This document shows positions 63,391-64,000 of a stretch of 64,000 nucleotides of DNA, piece by piece. The notes under the pieces were generated by a model, which saw nothing but the letters and a program-made list of their open reading frames with translations, made no database searches and was not told where the DNA came from. A program made the position numbers and the translations under genes. Origin of the DNA: a virus. The stretch spans positions 16,524 to 80,523 of IMG/VR virus record IMGVR_UViG_3300017991_000008; one strand, written 5' to 3'. The stretch's first letter is position 1. Every line of letters starts with the position of its first letter.

Positions 63391-63942
63391 ATGCCTAAAC
63401 TAGTCGTCCTATGTGGTTCTTCTCGGTTCTGTCAGGAGATGGCAGTTTGTGCCTGGTTTCTAGAGAGGGATGAGGGCGCCGTCACCTTGGGTCTTCATTT
63501 GTTGCCATGGTGGTATGAGTCGGCCTCTCACCACATAGCCGAATACGAGGGAGTCGCTGACAAGATGGATGCCCTGCACCTATCAAAAATTGACCTGATA
63601 CCAGAGCACAAGGATGGCGGAGAGGTGTTTGTGGTCAACAAGGGTGATTACATTGGTGAGAGTACCAGGAGAGAGATCGAGTATGCCAAGAGTAAGGGAA
63701 TTCCGATCCGGTGGTATACTCACGACCCTATTGGACGCAGAGTTGAGTTTATTCATGAGGACGCCATGGGGGAGGTCTTGGGGGAAGAACCCGACGAGGT
63801 TACGTTTCTGGTGTGTCTGAGATGTGGACACGATCTCCAGACCAATGTTGTTCCCAAACATTGTCCAAAATGTGGTACTAAGGAGGATGGTGTGTCGGGT
63901 GATTTTAGTATCAGAATCCGTACTGAGGAGGACACAGGGTAA
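63391..63942 (+). CDS. Nucleoside 2-deoxyribosyltransferase-like (DUF4406-like) protein plus zinc ribbon
   Basis: V.LCGS.RF, H..KID, VFVVN..DYIG.ST..EI.YA...G.PI; C.RC..C.KC. Confidence 0.7.
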   Translation: MPKLVVLCGSSRFCQEMAVCAWFLERDEGAVTLGLHLLPWWYESASHHIAEYEGVADKMDALHLSKIDLIPEHKDGGEVFVVNKGDYIGESTRREIEYAKSKGIPIRWYTHDPIGRRVEFIHEDAMGEVLGEEPDEVTFLVCLRCGHDLQTNVVPKHCPKCGTKEDGVSGDFSIRIRTEEDTG

Positions 63943-63946
63943 AAAT

Positions 63947-64000
63947 GGGACATTGGTCTAATGGTAGGGCGCTGGCCTGTCGAGCCAGATGGTACCGGTT
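63947..64000 (+). tRNA. tRNA-Asp(GTC), 3' part beyond window
   Basis: GGGACAT acceptor 5' arm, D-arm GTCT-AATGGTA-GGGC, perfect anticodon stem CTGGC/GCCAG with loop CT-GTC-GA, start of T-arm ACCGG-TT. Confidence 0.85.

Noticed and set aside
1-64000. Stop-codon reassignment (TAG read as Gln), prompted by several in-frame TAG junctions (420/424, 7253/7257, 20145/20146, 45081/45082)
   Set aside because: Under code 11 the genes are full length and tightly packed. Many TAG stops are followed by out-of-frame starts with their own SD, and no fragmented conserved genes were seen.
63945-64000. CDS starting ATG GGA CAT at the window end
   Set aside because: The sequence folds as a canonical tRNA cloverleaf (D-arm, perfect anticodon stem, T-arm start).

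Overview
This window is 64 kb of a tailed dsDNA bacteriophage (Caudoviricetes, contractile-tail myovirus architecture). Essentially every credible gene is on the + strand. 1-34.8 kb is the morphogenesis module. It runs from an XkdF-like prohead protease, scaffold and HK97-fold major capsid through about 9 accessory virion genes and the neck genes to the sheath, tube, chaperone (with a candidate -1 frameshift) and tape measure. It ends with an LysM/hub/spike/gp25/J/I baseplate carrying an extra gene block, and a tail fibre. 34.8-64 kb holds a tandem-HTH regulator, YqaJ/RecT recombinase, initiator with internal iterons, DnaB, amidase endolysin, SMC-like ATPase, DNA methylase, SNase, DEDDh exonuclease, radical SAM, holin/spanin-like genes, SNF2 and many small ORFs. 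It ends in a tRNA-Asp cut by the window edge. Terminase, portal and integrase are not in the window. Lipoproteins, spanin-like genes and a DT-repeat/Lcl lipoprotein suggest a diderm host, possibly Myxococcota or 'Deltaproteobacteria' (inference). The most unusual observations are: (i) a 2.4 kb small-gene array built from two interleaved DNA repeat families, a junction repeat encoding stop+SD+start and a mid-gene coiled-coil repeat, which looks like a gene and half-gene shuffling system; (ii) one ~90-aa module copied about 8 times into five different virion proteins; (iii) several structured RNA elements after promoters, including two covarying paralogous stems, a probable sRNA and a pseudoknot/switch; (iv) a beta-barrel plus Ser-Trp/Gly hexamer-repeat gene pair; (v) a cryptic ADP-ribosyltransferase-like ORF. 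All family assignments come from motif recognition by eye; no database search was run.
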